Shown: in pieces, positions 1 through 10,670 of the stretch
Numbering within the stretch: position 1 is the stretch's first letter
Layout of the letters: each line of letters begins with the position of its first letter
Source of the DNA: Obrimoposthia wandeli
Lineage: Eukaryota
NCBI GenBank assembly: GCA_977020255.1
Contig: CDROCS010006332.1
Location: forward strand, 1 to 64,000
DNA length: 64,000 nucleotides
Reading direction: 5' to 3'
Position numbers and translations under genes: made by a program
The notes under the pieces: generated by a model
Database searches by the model: none
What the model was told of the DNA's origin: nothing
What the model saw: only the letters and a program-made list of their open reading frames with translations

Positions 1-1816
1 ATATCAGTATTATATTTGAATACATTAAGACTCAAGGTGCAGCCGATGTTGATGGCCCTGACATATAAGCAGTAGCCTTCCTATTCCGCGGAGCTTTCTT
101 CTGTTTCTCCTCCTTCGGCATCATGTTGCCCACGCGTATCTGGAAGCATTGCCGGTGTATCCAGTTCCGCCAGGAATTCGTCCAAACCAGCGTCATCCCA
201 GGCCATCTTCAAGTTCTGGCTGGTTGTTGGACGAGGAGAAGCCGTCTCCTGCAGGCGTTGTTGACTCGAGGGTGGACTTATCTCGATCGGTGAGACTGGG
301 ATCCTCTCGTATAAAATTGGCCCGTCGTCCACTGGAGGAGGGAGAATCTCCTGCTGGCCAATCATAGCCTCAGAATAATGGCCAATTGAGGTGCGAATTT
401 TTCTCTAGCGCCTCGTCTTCTTCACCTCTGCCCTTTGTCCCTTTTTCTTAGGGAAAGGGAGTAGCTTCTCCCAAGTCTCCTCAATTATCGAGACAGTTCC
501 CGGCAAATGAAAAACAAAAATAAAATTTTATTTAAATAAAAAATATTTAAAATACCAAAATTACCTCAATAATCTTATACGGAAGTTTTCCTGCCGCTCA
601 ATCGTTATTTCACTTGAATTGATCAGATGGGATTTCCTTCTTTCTAAGACGCCGTGTCTTCCGTACAGCAGCCTGCCTCGTTCGCTTCGGCGGGAAAGGA
701 GAAATTTTGGCCCATGTCTCCTCAGTTAATATTATTGGTTCCTGCAAAAAAAAAAACATTAATAAAATTTAAACATATAAATAGATTTACCTCTGATGAC
801 GGGCAGATTAGCCTGTTTCACCAACTTGGCCTTCTTCCGATGGACCGTATTGGTTTTGATTCGATGACGTCAAGGGTTCTTAACTGCCGCTTGCTTCCTA
901 TCGACAGGTAGTCTCCGAGATGCCTCCTCCCAAATTTCCTCCACCAATTCAGTTTCCTAAGTGAATAATTAAATAAATTTACTAATTTATAATAATATAC
1001 CTCAATTTTGGCCGGAGTCGGTAGGTATCTCTGATCACTCTGGGATCATCCTGGCTACATTGACTCGCCAAATGTGCGGTTCAATTACCCTCTCAATTGT
1101 GGTCACTGACGTTGCCAAATCAATAGCAGTTTCTGAAAATAAAATTAAAAAACATTTTTAAATAAATGATGTCTAACCTCATTCGTCTTAGCTATTCTCT
1201 AACAGGACGTATCGGGAGATTGTGGCCTTCTGAATGGATCAGGCACTGCAATGTCGGGTATCAGGTCAGGTTGTAGAGAAGTGAGACCATCATTACGTCG
1301 GTGAACAGATGCCACTCACATCTTCATCCATTTCTGCAACCATGGACTCGTTGGCTCCTGAACCGATGCTTGGCTGTATCCATTCCTCCTCCCATCTGAC
1401 GGAACGTCATCAATGGTAAGCAACTCCTCGTCTGAGTTTGGTGCCCGTATTATTTCCAGTTGTTGAGACAGCGGGATCAATTTCCAGGGGCATTTGATTG
1501 CCGCCTCAAAATTAACACAGTCTTCCCACTTCTATCGAATCCTGACTCGTCAGATCGATATTGGGATTCTGTACCCCACCTTCGCACGCTCATTGGTTCT
1601 TCTCTTGGTGTTGAGCTGGCCAATGGCGGTTCTTCTAGAACAGTTGGCCTTCTTGCTAAGCTTCTCCTTCGTCTCCTTCGCTCACCACGACGAGTCTTGA
1701 CTAAGTAAGTCAATGTAATGTGCTGGTGGTGGCGTTCGCTGCTGTACTGGAGAAAGATCCCCATACAGTTGAACCTCCGTCTCTTCGTCTAGGTCAACGT
1801 TGTTGAAAATAGGCAT
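1..1816 (-). pseudogene. Accessory gene 1, copy A (multi-exon, low-complexity protein), runs off the window edge
   Basis: Homologous to 12919-14746 (MPIFNNVDLDEETEVQLYG start; GPILYERIPVSPIEISPP; DEFLAELDTP). Same GT-AG junctions; stops and frameshifts present. Confidence 0.8.
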
Positions 1817-1849
1817 TCTTGATTCTTGATTTATGAAAAATAATGAAAA

Positions 1850-1907
1850 GAGGTTTCCTTATATACAAAAATAATAGACTTGTTCCTTTTTGCGTCGTCC
1901 AATGAGA
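1850..1907 (-). promoter_or_regulatory. Pol II-type promoter of gene 1 copy A (inverted CCAAT box plus TATATAAG)
   Basis: CCAATGAGA at 1899-1907 on + and TATATAAG starting at 1865 on -. Both are conserved in copy B (12841-12885) while the sequence between them diverges. Confidence 0.6.
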
Positions 1908-2189
1908 AGGGTTATTCAACAATTTATTTGAAAATCAGTAGGCTTTTCTCAATTTTTTAACTATGTTTGAAATGCTGGAATGCTCGATAAACATATTTTA
2001 TTCGAAAATATAACTATTTTCTTAAGATTTTGTTGCATAAGTTTAACGTCCAATGAAAACGTATTATGCAAAGAATTTATGGTATTTTCTTAAATTTTGT
2101 TGATGTTTGAAAACATGTATGTCTTTGGATTTAAAATAGTAACATTTTTTTTGACTGTACATTTTTGGATTGTATAAAAAAATCGTGAA

Positions 2190-2300
2190 CTCATCATGAG
2201 GTCATCATCATGAGGTCAAGGTCATTTAAGGTCATCATGAGGTCAAGGGTACAAAGTTGTATAGGTCATCATGAGGTTAAAATCATTTAAGGTCATGATG
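2190..2300. repeat. Subterminal cluster of AGGTCA-containing short repeats
   Basis: About 7 AGGTCA hexamers in 110 bp (CATGAGGTCA, TCAAGGTCA, TTAAGGTCA). Confidence 0.85.
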
Positions 2301-2669
2301 ACTAATTTGTTGACTTACCAAATAAAAATTAAAATTATTTCGAATTTATGTAGTTGATTATTTAAAATTTTTTGCGACCCTATATATGTATCTTTCTTAT
2401 AAATAAATTTTTTTTTCTGACCTTGTATATATGTATGGATATAAATTTTTATAAGGAAAATTTTTTCGCAAGCCTGTATTTATTACTTGTTGATCCACTG
2501 CGGGCCCGGAGGGCACGCTTTGGCCAATTTTTTGGCCTCTCAGGACCTTAATCAAAATTTTGGGAGCATTATGAGATTTATAAATTTACAGGGAGTTATA
2601 TGGAGTTAATTATTTTTTTGAATGTTTGGGAAGGGGACGGGTAGAAATTTTTTCGACACACCTACACGA

Positions 2670-2748
2670 AATTTCACTCCACACACATGCACGGTTTTAA
2701 AGGACAGTAGGGGGCGGGTGCGGATTAGACCGGATACATCCACATACT
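2670..2748 (-). repeat. Polinton-type terminal repeat (right end)
   Basis: Reverse complement begins AGTATGTGGATGTATCCGGTCTAATCC and contains CTGTCCTTTAAAACCGTGCATGTGTGTGGAGTGAAATTTC. The same motif occurs at 4795-4879, 7960-8030, 29390-29486 and 53660-54055. Confidence 0.7.
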
Positions 2749-2799
2749 GAGGAGAACCCAATTTTAGACATTTTTCCATGGTTTTTACTTCGTAGAAAC

Positions 2800-3010
2800 C
2801 AAATTTGATAATTTTTGTTTAACTTAACTGAAATGTTTAATCCGCTTTCACCTCCTTCACCATGATGCTAATAAATATTTTTGAAACTAGAATTGTAAAT
2901 AGAATCATTTTCCAATAATTTACTTACGAAATGTGTCTTTCCACTTCCACTGGGACCAACTATTTGAAATACAGCATTATTATTTAGCTCCATTGCATAT
3001 ACTCTTTCAT
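2800..3010 (-). pseudogene. ATP: N-terminal fragment of A32-like packaging ATPase (copy A)
   Basis: Manual translation MELNNNAVFQIVGPSGSGKTHFVSKLL has an intact Walker A. Homologous to 23360-23553; truncated next to the terminus at 2748. Confidence 0.85.
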
Positions 3011-3022
3011 TTTTAATATTGT

Positions 3023-3310
3023 TTATATTATCATAGAAGTTTCCTTATTGAGTACAATGTTAGAGCTATTGTAGATGAAATACAACAAATTAATTAATGA
3101 ATATTTGGCTATAATTTTATTTATTTGTGTACGATTTCTAAATTCTCGAATAACGTGTGATCTAACTAATATTTCAATGTTATCTCTTGTTATATCATTA
3201 TTTTTTAATTCTGATAAAATTTCTTTACCCCTAATTTTTCCAGAAAATATTTCGTCGGCAAGACGATCCACTTCATTGTCTCTATTTATAGTATTGTTCA
3301 TTTGAAACAA
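3023..3310 (-). CDS. Accessory gene 6, unknown 95-aa protein between the TBP-like gene and the ATPase
   Basis: Open ORF; homolog in the same position at 23566-23850 carries a stop. Confidence 0.55.
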   Translation of the reverse strand: MFQMNNTINRDNEVDRLADEIFSGKIRGKEILSELKNNDITRDNIEILVRSHVIREFRNRTQINKIIAKYSLINLLYFIYNSSNIVLNKETSMII

Positions 3311-3329
3311 TAAGTTTAAACGTGTTTGT

Positions 3330-3828
3330 TTATAGAAAAGATAACAAGATGTAATAAGATATATTTTCTAAAATCGATTCAACAATGTCTGGATAATCAA
3401 AATTTCTCAATCCCAAAATCATAACTTTACCACAGGAAAATATATTTACACATAGCGGTTTAAACTTCAAATAACTGAGAGCAGGAAACATTTCTGGTTC
3501 AAACATGCATTCTACTTTCATTTTCTCTGCAGTTTTAAAAAGATTTACCTGTTTCCCAAGATTAGCCGAAATCGTGATTGATTGTATTGCTGTGATTCAA
3601 ATTCCAAATGGTAATTCGAACTCAAGCATTGGTATTTTGCATCCCATAACACGACAATTTCTTAAAAGAATTCAATATGAAAATAAAATAAAAAACTAAC
3701 CTGTAGGAAAAATAACAACTGTGAAATTGTCAAACTTTTTCACATATTGTCTCGGCTTCCATTCATTGAATAGGCACGAACATCATCTTGTATATTTTAC
3801 CTTTATAATTTATATTTACGAGTTTCAT
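3330..3828 (-). pseudogene. TBP-like gene, copy A (frameshift and stop)
   Basis: MKLVNINYKG...VVIFPTG|NCRVMGCK...MFEPEMFPALSYLKFKPLCVNIFSCGKVMILG. Has a 39-nt intron at the same position as in copy C. Confidence 0.8.
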
Positions 3829-4106
3829 TAGGACTTTCCAAATTGTATTCTGTAAAATCATCTTTCATATGTCTGAACTTGTTTTTTATTGCACGCTTTA
3901 ATTATCTTGCAAAACCTATTATAATTGGATGATATATTTTTTCCAGTAAAATTTGATTTTTAATACAGATTTAGTCCAATCAAATTCAATGCTTTAGTTA
4001 TATTAACCAATGAGATTCATGTCTTTGTTAGAGATTAGTATAAAAGAATGCGCCATTGAAGGACAAATCACAGTAAATGCATTCATATCAAAGACAATTA
4101 TCAACG

Positions 4107-4566
4107 ATGGATGATAATCAACGGGTATTAAGCGATGAGGAAGATATAGAAATGTTTGAAGAATTGGATAAGGATATGTATGAAGAAGTGAAACAATCCA
4201 GAAAGAATTTCAAAAGGAAAACTATGTAATATATTAAAGAGGCATTAAATTATACGAGTTATGAATACTGTGAAAATATCAAAAGTGGAGAATAAATATC
4301 TCATCGAAATTTTAACAACATCTGATATTGATCATTTGAAAAATATTTTGGGATTTTAGATTCCTTATGGATATGAAGGAAATTCTTTCCAGCTCGAAAC
4401 TGATCCCAGTCTGGCTTTTAAATATGATCTAGGATATTTGATTGCTCCAATTCTAGATGAAGAACTATGGAATATCTCAATACGTCTCAATGGATATTTT
4501 GCTGATGACGGGAAAATGCAGCCTCTCTGGACTTTGAGTGAACCCAATATGATGTTTTATGTTTAA
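4107..4566 (+). pseudogene. Accessory genes 7 and 8 fused by an internal deletion (copy A)
   Basis: Matches 24652-24742 joined directly to about 25278-25647; about 535 bp is missing relative to copy C. Confidence 0.75.
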
Positions 4567-4794
4567 TAAATATTTTGAAAATAATTTTGACTCGTATTTT
4601 GTTTTTTACCTCTAAATTATATAGATCTGTCTTAATTTGTCTCTTATAAATAAGAATAGCCGCCGGGGCCAATATGGATTCCCGTGGTCTTCTCTAATCA
4701 CTTTTTAGATTCATGGTAAATTTCAAAGTAAAATAAAAAATGTGGGGGACACCCCTCCTCATTCTTAGGGTGGAATGGAGACACATATGCATGA

Positions 4795-4879
4795 AATTTC
4801 ACTCCACACACATGCACGGTTTTAAAGAACAGTGGTACCCCTCCCGGGGGGTGGATCAGACCGGACACATCCACCTACT
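4795..4879 (-). repeat. Polinton-type terminal repeat (right end) abutting the intron of gene 3
   Basis: Reverse complement begins AGTAGGTGGATGTGTCCGGTCTGATCCACC; the flank GTAAAC resumes gene 3 intron sequence. Confidence 0.75.
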
Positions 4880-5316
4880 GTAAACCTACCTAAATATTTT
4901 GAAAGTAAATTAAATATTTTATCTGCAACAATTTCCGGAGTATCATCTTTTGAGAAATGATTTTTTTCATTATCTTCCATTAAATCTGGAGATAATTTAA
5001 TGTATTATTTGTTCCAAATTATTTTATCATCCATCTTATAAAAAACATTATATATAAAATTGTTTATATTTAGTAAAGTTATGTAAAATATTTAAAATAT
5101 GATATTTTTTAAATACTTTTTTTGAATACTCTTCAGGTTTAATCTGGGGTATTCTCTTTATTGCAGCTCGGTAATTGTCCTCCATCTCCAATCTTATTTT
5201 TTATCCAGTTTCTTTTTTTCCAATTCAACCTTCCTATTTCAGTCCAGGATCCGTTGTCGTTCTGCTAGACGCCTGTCTTGAATCTCCAACCGATGATTCC
5301 ACTCGGTCACGACAGC
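4880..5316 (-). pseudogene. Fragments of accessory genes 3 and 2 (copy A)
   Basis: Homologous to 15440-15540 and 15065-15270; gene 2 is cut at 5316 by an AGTAGTAGG terminus. Confidence 0.75.
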
Positions 5317-5586
5317 AGTAGTAGGTGGAAGGATGGAGTCTAAGCCACTTTACCCTCTCTTAAAGGATGTCAATCCATAAGGATGTCACATCATAAAAGG
5401 TGTCTTAACATAGTGGGTATATATGCTGCTCTCACCTTCGGTGACCCAACATATACCCTTATGGTATGGCAAGACACTTTTTATGGTGTGACACCCTTAT
5501 GGAGTGACACCCTTTAGAGGGAGGTGGAGGCGGGGAGGGGAGGAGAGGGGTCATGGCTAGACTCCATCCTTCCTTGATATACTACT
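5317..5586. mobile_element. Short element bounded by AGTAGT...ACTACT with imperfect inverted ends
   Basis: Left end AGTAGTAGGTGGAAGGATGGAGTCTAAGCC; right end (reverse complement) AGTAGTATATCAAGGAAGGATGGAGTCTAGCC. No TSD. A related end lies at 43500-43606. Confidence 0.5.
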
Positions 5587-5960
5587 ATGGTCGTCCATAG
5601 TTTAAAGGGTCAAGTGGCTGTCTTTAAATCTCCTTCTTTTGAGATATACCATGAAAGGGTAAAGTGGCTTAGTCTCCAATTCCTTCTTTTGAGATATACC
5701 ACTATGAAAGGATCAATTGGCTTAGTCTCCACCCATCTTTTTGTGATATACCACTATGAAAGGATCAATTGGCTTAGTCTCCACTCCTTCTTTTGAGATA
5801 TACCATCATGAAAGGGTCAATTGGTTTAGTTCCAATCCATCTTTAGTGATCTAGTCTCCACCTTCTTTAGTGATCTAGTCTCCACCCTTCTTTTGGCTAA
5901 CTACTAATTCAAAGGATCAAGTGGTTTAGTCTCCACCCTTATTTTTTGTGATCTAGTCCA
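5555..5960. repeat. Tandem array of about 50-bp units related to the adjacent terminus
   Basis: Repeated GGCTTAGTCTCCA...CTTTTGAGATATACCACTATGAAAGGATCAATT. Confidence 0.8.
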
Positions 5961-6439
5961 TAATGAAAATTTATGATAAAGTTCACACTTTTAACACTAA
6001 GAAATGTATGACGTAATCATACACACTATTCTATGTGAAAATTTAGGCTAAAGTTCACTTATAAGTTAATGAATGCATTACGTAATCACACATACTCATT
6101 TTTATGTGAAATTTAGATCAAAGTTTTTCCTGTATCAAGCATTTATAGAATTATGATAAAATTTCTTTAAATAACTTCAATTATATATTAAAATATAAAA
6201 TAAAATAAGAAAGAAGTCAGAGAATAATACAAAATTAAACACATTTATTATGTAATTTCATAATATCATCTTCAAACTTAAGTGAATAACATTTACAAAG
6301 TAAGAAAGTCCATTCTTTATACATTCTTTTCGTTTCAACGACTAAGTTACAACGGAATTAATAGAAAATTAGTAAAAAAACATTAATTTATTTGAATATT
6401 TGAATGAGAGTTTGAATAAATGAGAGGTAGAATGAAATG

Positions 6440-7370
6440 TAAATGAATAAATTATGCATGCAAAAGTATGAATGTCATTTACAAGTAAGAGTCTTAGCAA
6501 GTGAATGTAATTTAAAAATAAGAGTGTCGATAGTTTGATTGAATGCAGTAATTTAGACTATAAGTAAATTAAAATAGAGTTTTTGTTGAATAAATTATAG
6601 TTAGATTGAATGCACATCGAGCGCGACTTCAATACAAGCAAGTAAGTTTAGCAAGTGAATGTAATTTTAAAAATAAGAGTGTCGATAGTTTGATTGAATG
6701 CAAGTGTTTAGACTATAAGTAAATTAAAATAGAGTTTTTGTTGAATAAATTATAGTTAGATTGAATGCAAGTATGACGAGCAAGTGATTGATAGTTTGAA
6801 TTTCAATACAAGTAAGTGTCTTAGCAAGTGAATGTAATTTATAAAATAAGAGTGTTGATAGTTTGATTGAATGCAAGTGTAATTTAGACTATAAGTAAAT
6901 TAAAATAGAGTTTTTGTTGAATAAATTATAGTTAGATTGAATGCAAGTATGACGAGCAAGTGATTGATAGTTTGAATTTTCAATACAAGCAAGGGTTTAG
7001 CGCAAGAATGTAATTTTAAAATAAGAGTGTCGATAGTTTGATTGAATGCAAGTGTAATTTAGACTATAAGTAAATTAAAAATAGAGTTTTTGTTGGAATA
7101 AATTATAGTTAGATTGAATGCAAGTATGACGAGCAAGATTGATAGTTTGAATTTTCACGTCAAGTAAGTGGGTTTAGCAAGAATGTAATTTTAAAAATGA
7201 GGGTGTTGATAGTTAGATTGAATGCAAGCGTAATTTAGACTATAAGTAAATTAAAATAGAGTTTTTGTTGAATAAATTATAGTTAGATTGAATGCAAGTA
7301 TGACGAGCAAGTGATTGATAGTTTGAATTTTCAATACAAGTAAGTGGGTTTAGCAAGTGAATGTAATTTT
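6440..7370. repeat. Tandem repeat of about 176-bp units, about 5 copies
   Basis: TTAGACTATAAGTAAATTAAAA recurs at about 6553, 6708, 6884, 7059 and 7235. Confidence 0.95.
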
Positions 7371-7499
7371 AAAAATAATGAATATTTTTAATGAATATAT
7401 GATTGTATTTTAATATAACTATATTTTGTAAAAAAATCTAATTTTTTTTAAAAGTTAAAATAAAAACATAACACGTAAAATTATTTTTTATAAATTTTA

Positions 7500-7780
7500 T
7501 TGTTTCTAAAACGCTTCACAAAGTCATCATTGGGATCATCCTCATCGATATCCCTCCGGTTGAGTGGTATAGGAGAAAGCTGCACTGGCTCCTTATACTT
7601 CTTTGATCGCCCTGGCTTCTTTTTCGGCTGCACTGGTTGATGTGCAGCAATTGGCTTTCTCTGAGGTTTTGGAAATAGTTACCGCTACTTTTTGGGAGGA
7701 TGCTTTCGGTGCTGCCGATGTTGTTGTTGTAGCCTTCCTCTTCTGCGGAGCCGTCTTCAATTTCTCTTCTTTTTTACCCT
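7500..7780 (-). pseudogene. 3-prime fragment of accessory gene 1 (copy E)
   Basis: Encodes KKKPGRSKKYKEPVQLSPIPLNRRDIDEDDPNDDF, matching the gene 1 C-terminus. Confidence 0.8.
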
Positions 7781-7949
7781 GAAGCTAGCGTAATTTATAG
7801 TGATATATACATGTGTAATTGTAATAGTGAAAGGGGGGATATGTAAAGATGGATAAAGTTAATGAAAAATACTGTAGCTCTCGGAGGGCGCGAATTTCGG
7901 TGGAGCGTTGGGTTGGCCGCACCACACCACCCCATGCCGAAATCTTTCC

Positions 7950-8330
7950 CTCCATCCGTTCACTCCACACACAAGCATGAAATTTCACTTCACACACATG
8001 CACGGTTTTAAAGGACAGTGGTAGCCCCCCTCCCCTTCGGGACTTAAATGTATTATTTTCAAAGGATGGAAGATAGCAAAGGATATTAAGCGATGATGAA
8101 GATTTATAAATGTTTGAAGATTCGGATTCAATACATTTTTACATCCAATAAGAACGAATTTTATATCCACAGAGCTGATAAAGCATTTTTTAATGGATGT
8201 GGAAGTGAAATAGATGTTGATGCGTTTTTTTGAAAAACAATTCGACTTTAAAATTACAAAAAGAATGAAATTGGAACAAACCTACATATGTGGGAAATTT
8301 ACTGTGCTCATAACCCTATGTTTTGAATAT
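7950..8330 (+). pseudogene. Truncated terminal repeat followed by a decayed copy of gene 7
   Basis: TIR motif at 7960-8030, then sequence homologous to 24652-25096 (AATAAGAACGAATTTTATATCC shared). Confidence 0.7.
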
Positions 8331-9392
8331 TTTTTCTTCTATCTTACTTTATTTTTACCACGTTTCTTTAATTTGTGTATTCCTGCATGTAATAAATTGT
8401 AATAATATTTTTAAATAATAATTGTATCTCATTTAAATATATATTGTTTTTTAATCAATTTCTTAATTTCAAAATGGATCGTTTTCTGTGATATGCAGCA
8501 ATTTTTATTATATAATATATAATATTATTTTAATGTGTAAAAATATAATTTGAATTAAATAAACATTCTTTAAATTATATAACTATGTAATTAATGTATT
8601 TAAACATAATGTTTTTTTTAGTAAATTGTTGCATCTTTTAACAACTTACGTCCAATATTTGACTTCCTTAGTATCACAAACAAATAAATGTATTTACATT
8701 AATTTGAATCCTATTTGCAATAAACATACATCTTACGTACAAGAATAATTTAAATAATATTACTTTAAACAGTAGAGCTACCCTATAGTGAAGAAAAAGA
8801 AAGTAAGTTTGAAAATATGTTACTAAAATAGAATAATGGAGAACAAAAACTATGAGACATAGATAAATCCTCTATGTCTAGTATCCCTAGGGAGGTTTCG
8901 TTTCTGGATATGTACATACCCTACTTGCAGAATATATCCTACTCTATTGATACAGCTTCATCACCCAGATATCGTTAGGCGACAACAGAACAAAGTTGAA
9001 GAAGCTGCTTATTGGTATTATGGTGTCACGCGTGGCAGTTGGCTATTCACCGTCTCAAGAAAGTCAATGTGCTCCTCTGAACAGCACGGTTATTTTTCCA
9101 TCTTATAACAGCATTATTTCTTACATTCCCTTATTTATCTTCCTCCAGATCGGGCTCTACTCTAGGGGCCTTACAAAGGTGCATATGCTACATGGATTCC
9201 CTTACGTATCGAGCAGCCCACACACAACCGCTTCACCTACTCATCTAGAAAATGTTCGTGCTTGATTCTCTGTCTTCTTTAGTATGTGTAAGAACTTTAT
9301 CATTTGAGGTATTTGTCTTTCGTAACAAAGAAAAGTACATCGGTATCTCCCTAGTAAAAATTAACAAAAAATGACTCACTTTTTTAAAAAAA

Positions 9393-10100
9393 TTGTTTTT
9401 AAACGTTAAAAACTATTTTTATGATAATTTTGTAACTGAAATTGGAAGAGACCTAGATGAAAAAATTGCTAATTATAGCGAGTTAAGTAGTGTATGGACT
9501 CTAGTTAGAATTCACGATGTTAGCTTTGTTTTAACAAAGTTCACTGACATGATATATCTTTCGGGGAGTTCATACATTCTTTCACCTAGATCTCTTCAAC
9601 TTTCACGTTTCATTGTTAACATACAAAACAGTGATAACCTTTGCTTTCTGTATAGCGTGTTGGCCATTCTCAAAAGGGATGTAATTATCGAGCATAGAGA
9701 GCGTGTCAGTAAATATATCCCTTTTTTAAATGAATTGCAGTATCATGGAATAGATTTTCTTGTTAAATTAACTGCGATATAAAGACTTGAACACCTTAAT
9801 AACTTGAGTAATAATGTATTCAAATATAATACTGATATTTCAGTTAATGTAACAGATGAAGAAAAATTTTTAAATCCTTTTGTAGATGTAATTTATAGGA
9901 GCAAAAATGAGGAGACTCCAGTAAATTTAATTTTGTTCGAACATAATAATAAATTCCACTATGCCGCAATTCCAAATTTAGATCGTATTCTAAATTTAGA
10001 TAATGGAGCCTTACCGGTTAGGATAAGGTGTAAGTGGTGTCATAGATGTTTGCATGGGTTCCGATCCGAGATCTCTTACAGCAAACACTTGACGCTTATT
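9393..10100 (+). pseudogene. POLB: N-terminal region of protein-primed DNA polymerase B
   Basis: SGSSYILSP...IVNIQNSDNLCFLYSVLA...RVSKY...GIDF resembles the GSSYIPLP...INIxNxDNxCFxWSILA signature of Polinton/adintovirus pPolB N-termini. One stop; cut at about 10097. Confidence 0.8.
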
Positions 10101-10670
10101 TCCCTTTTTATCTCTTAAAGTACGATCTTTCTAATAATGCTGCTTTCTAATGTGAATAAACATTGTAGTAATTTCTAATATTATGTTTAAATAATGAATG
10201 AATTCGTTGATTATAAAATTATTTTCCGTAATCGGTTTGCACATTTTGTGGAATGTCTTATTTAAATATTTATTTAATTGCTTCTAGCATAGCTATTGAA
10301 ACTTTGCTTTAACTGGAACTACACGAGCAAACCTGCTAAATACATCAATACGTGTTAAAATATATCGATATCCCTTATTAATGGAAGAATATGGTATCAT
10401 CTCTCTCAAATCCATTTGCCATAAATTATTAGGACCGCTGGTTTTGTAAGCTCTAGTTGGAAACCTTCTTCTCATCGGCTTGTTCAGGCTGTAAGTTAAC
10501 TGGTCGCTCAGCCATTTCTACGTTTTGTTGTAATTCTGTTTTGCTAATTTTGAGACTCCTGTGTAGCCAATTGGATCTTTTGGGATTGAACCATATCTTC
10601 TCCTTTACAACAATTTGAATATATAGAAAATTTGAATTTAGGTAAAGAACGGTTAGCAACCATATCTTTA
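10097..10670 (-). pseudogene. INT: 5-prime fragment of Polinton integrase (second copy)
   Basis: TSGPNNLWQMDLREM...RIDVFSRFARVVPVK; closely matches 21920-22500. Confidence 0.9.

Noticed and set aside
8771-8790. AGTAGAG as the left Polinton terminus (also AGTAGAG at 17376)
   Set aside because: Similarity stops after 5-6 nt; no TIR body follows and no TSD was found.
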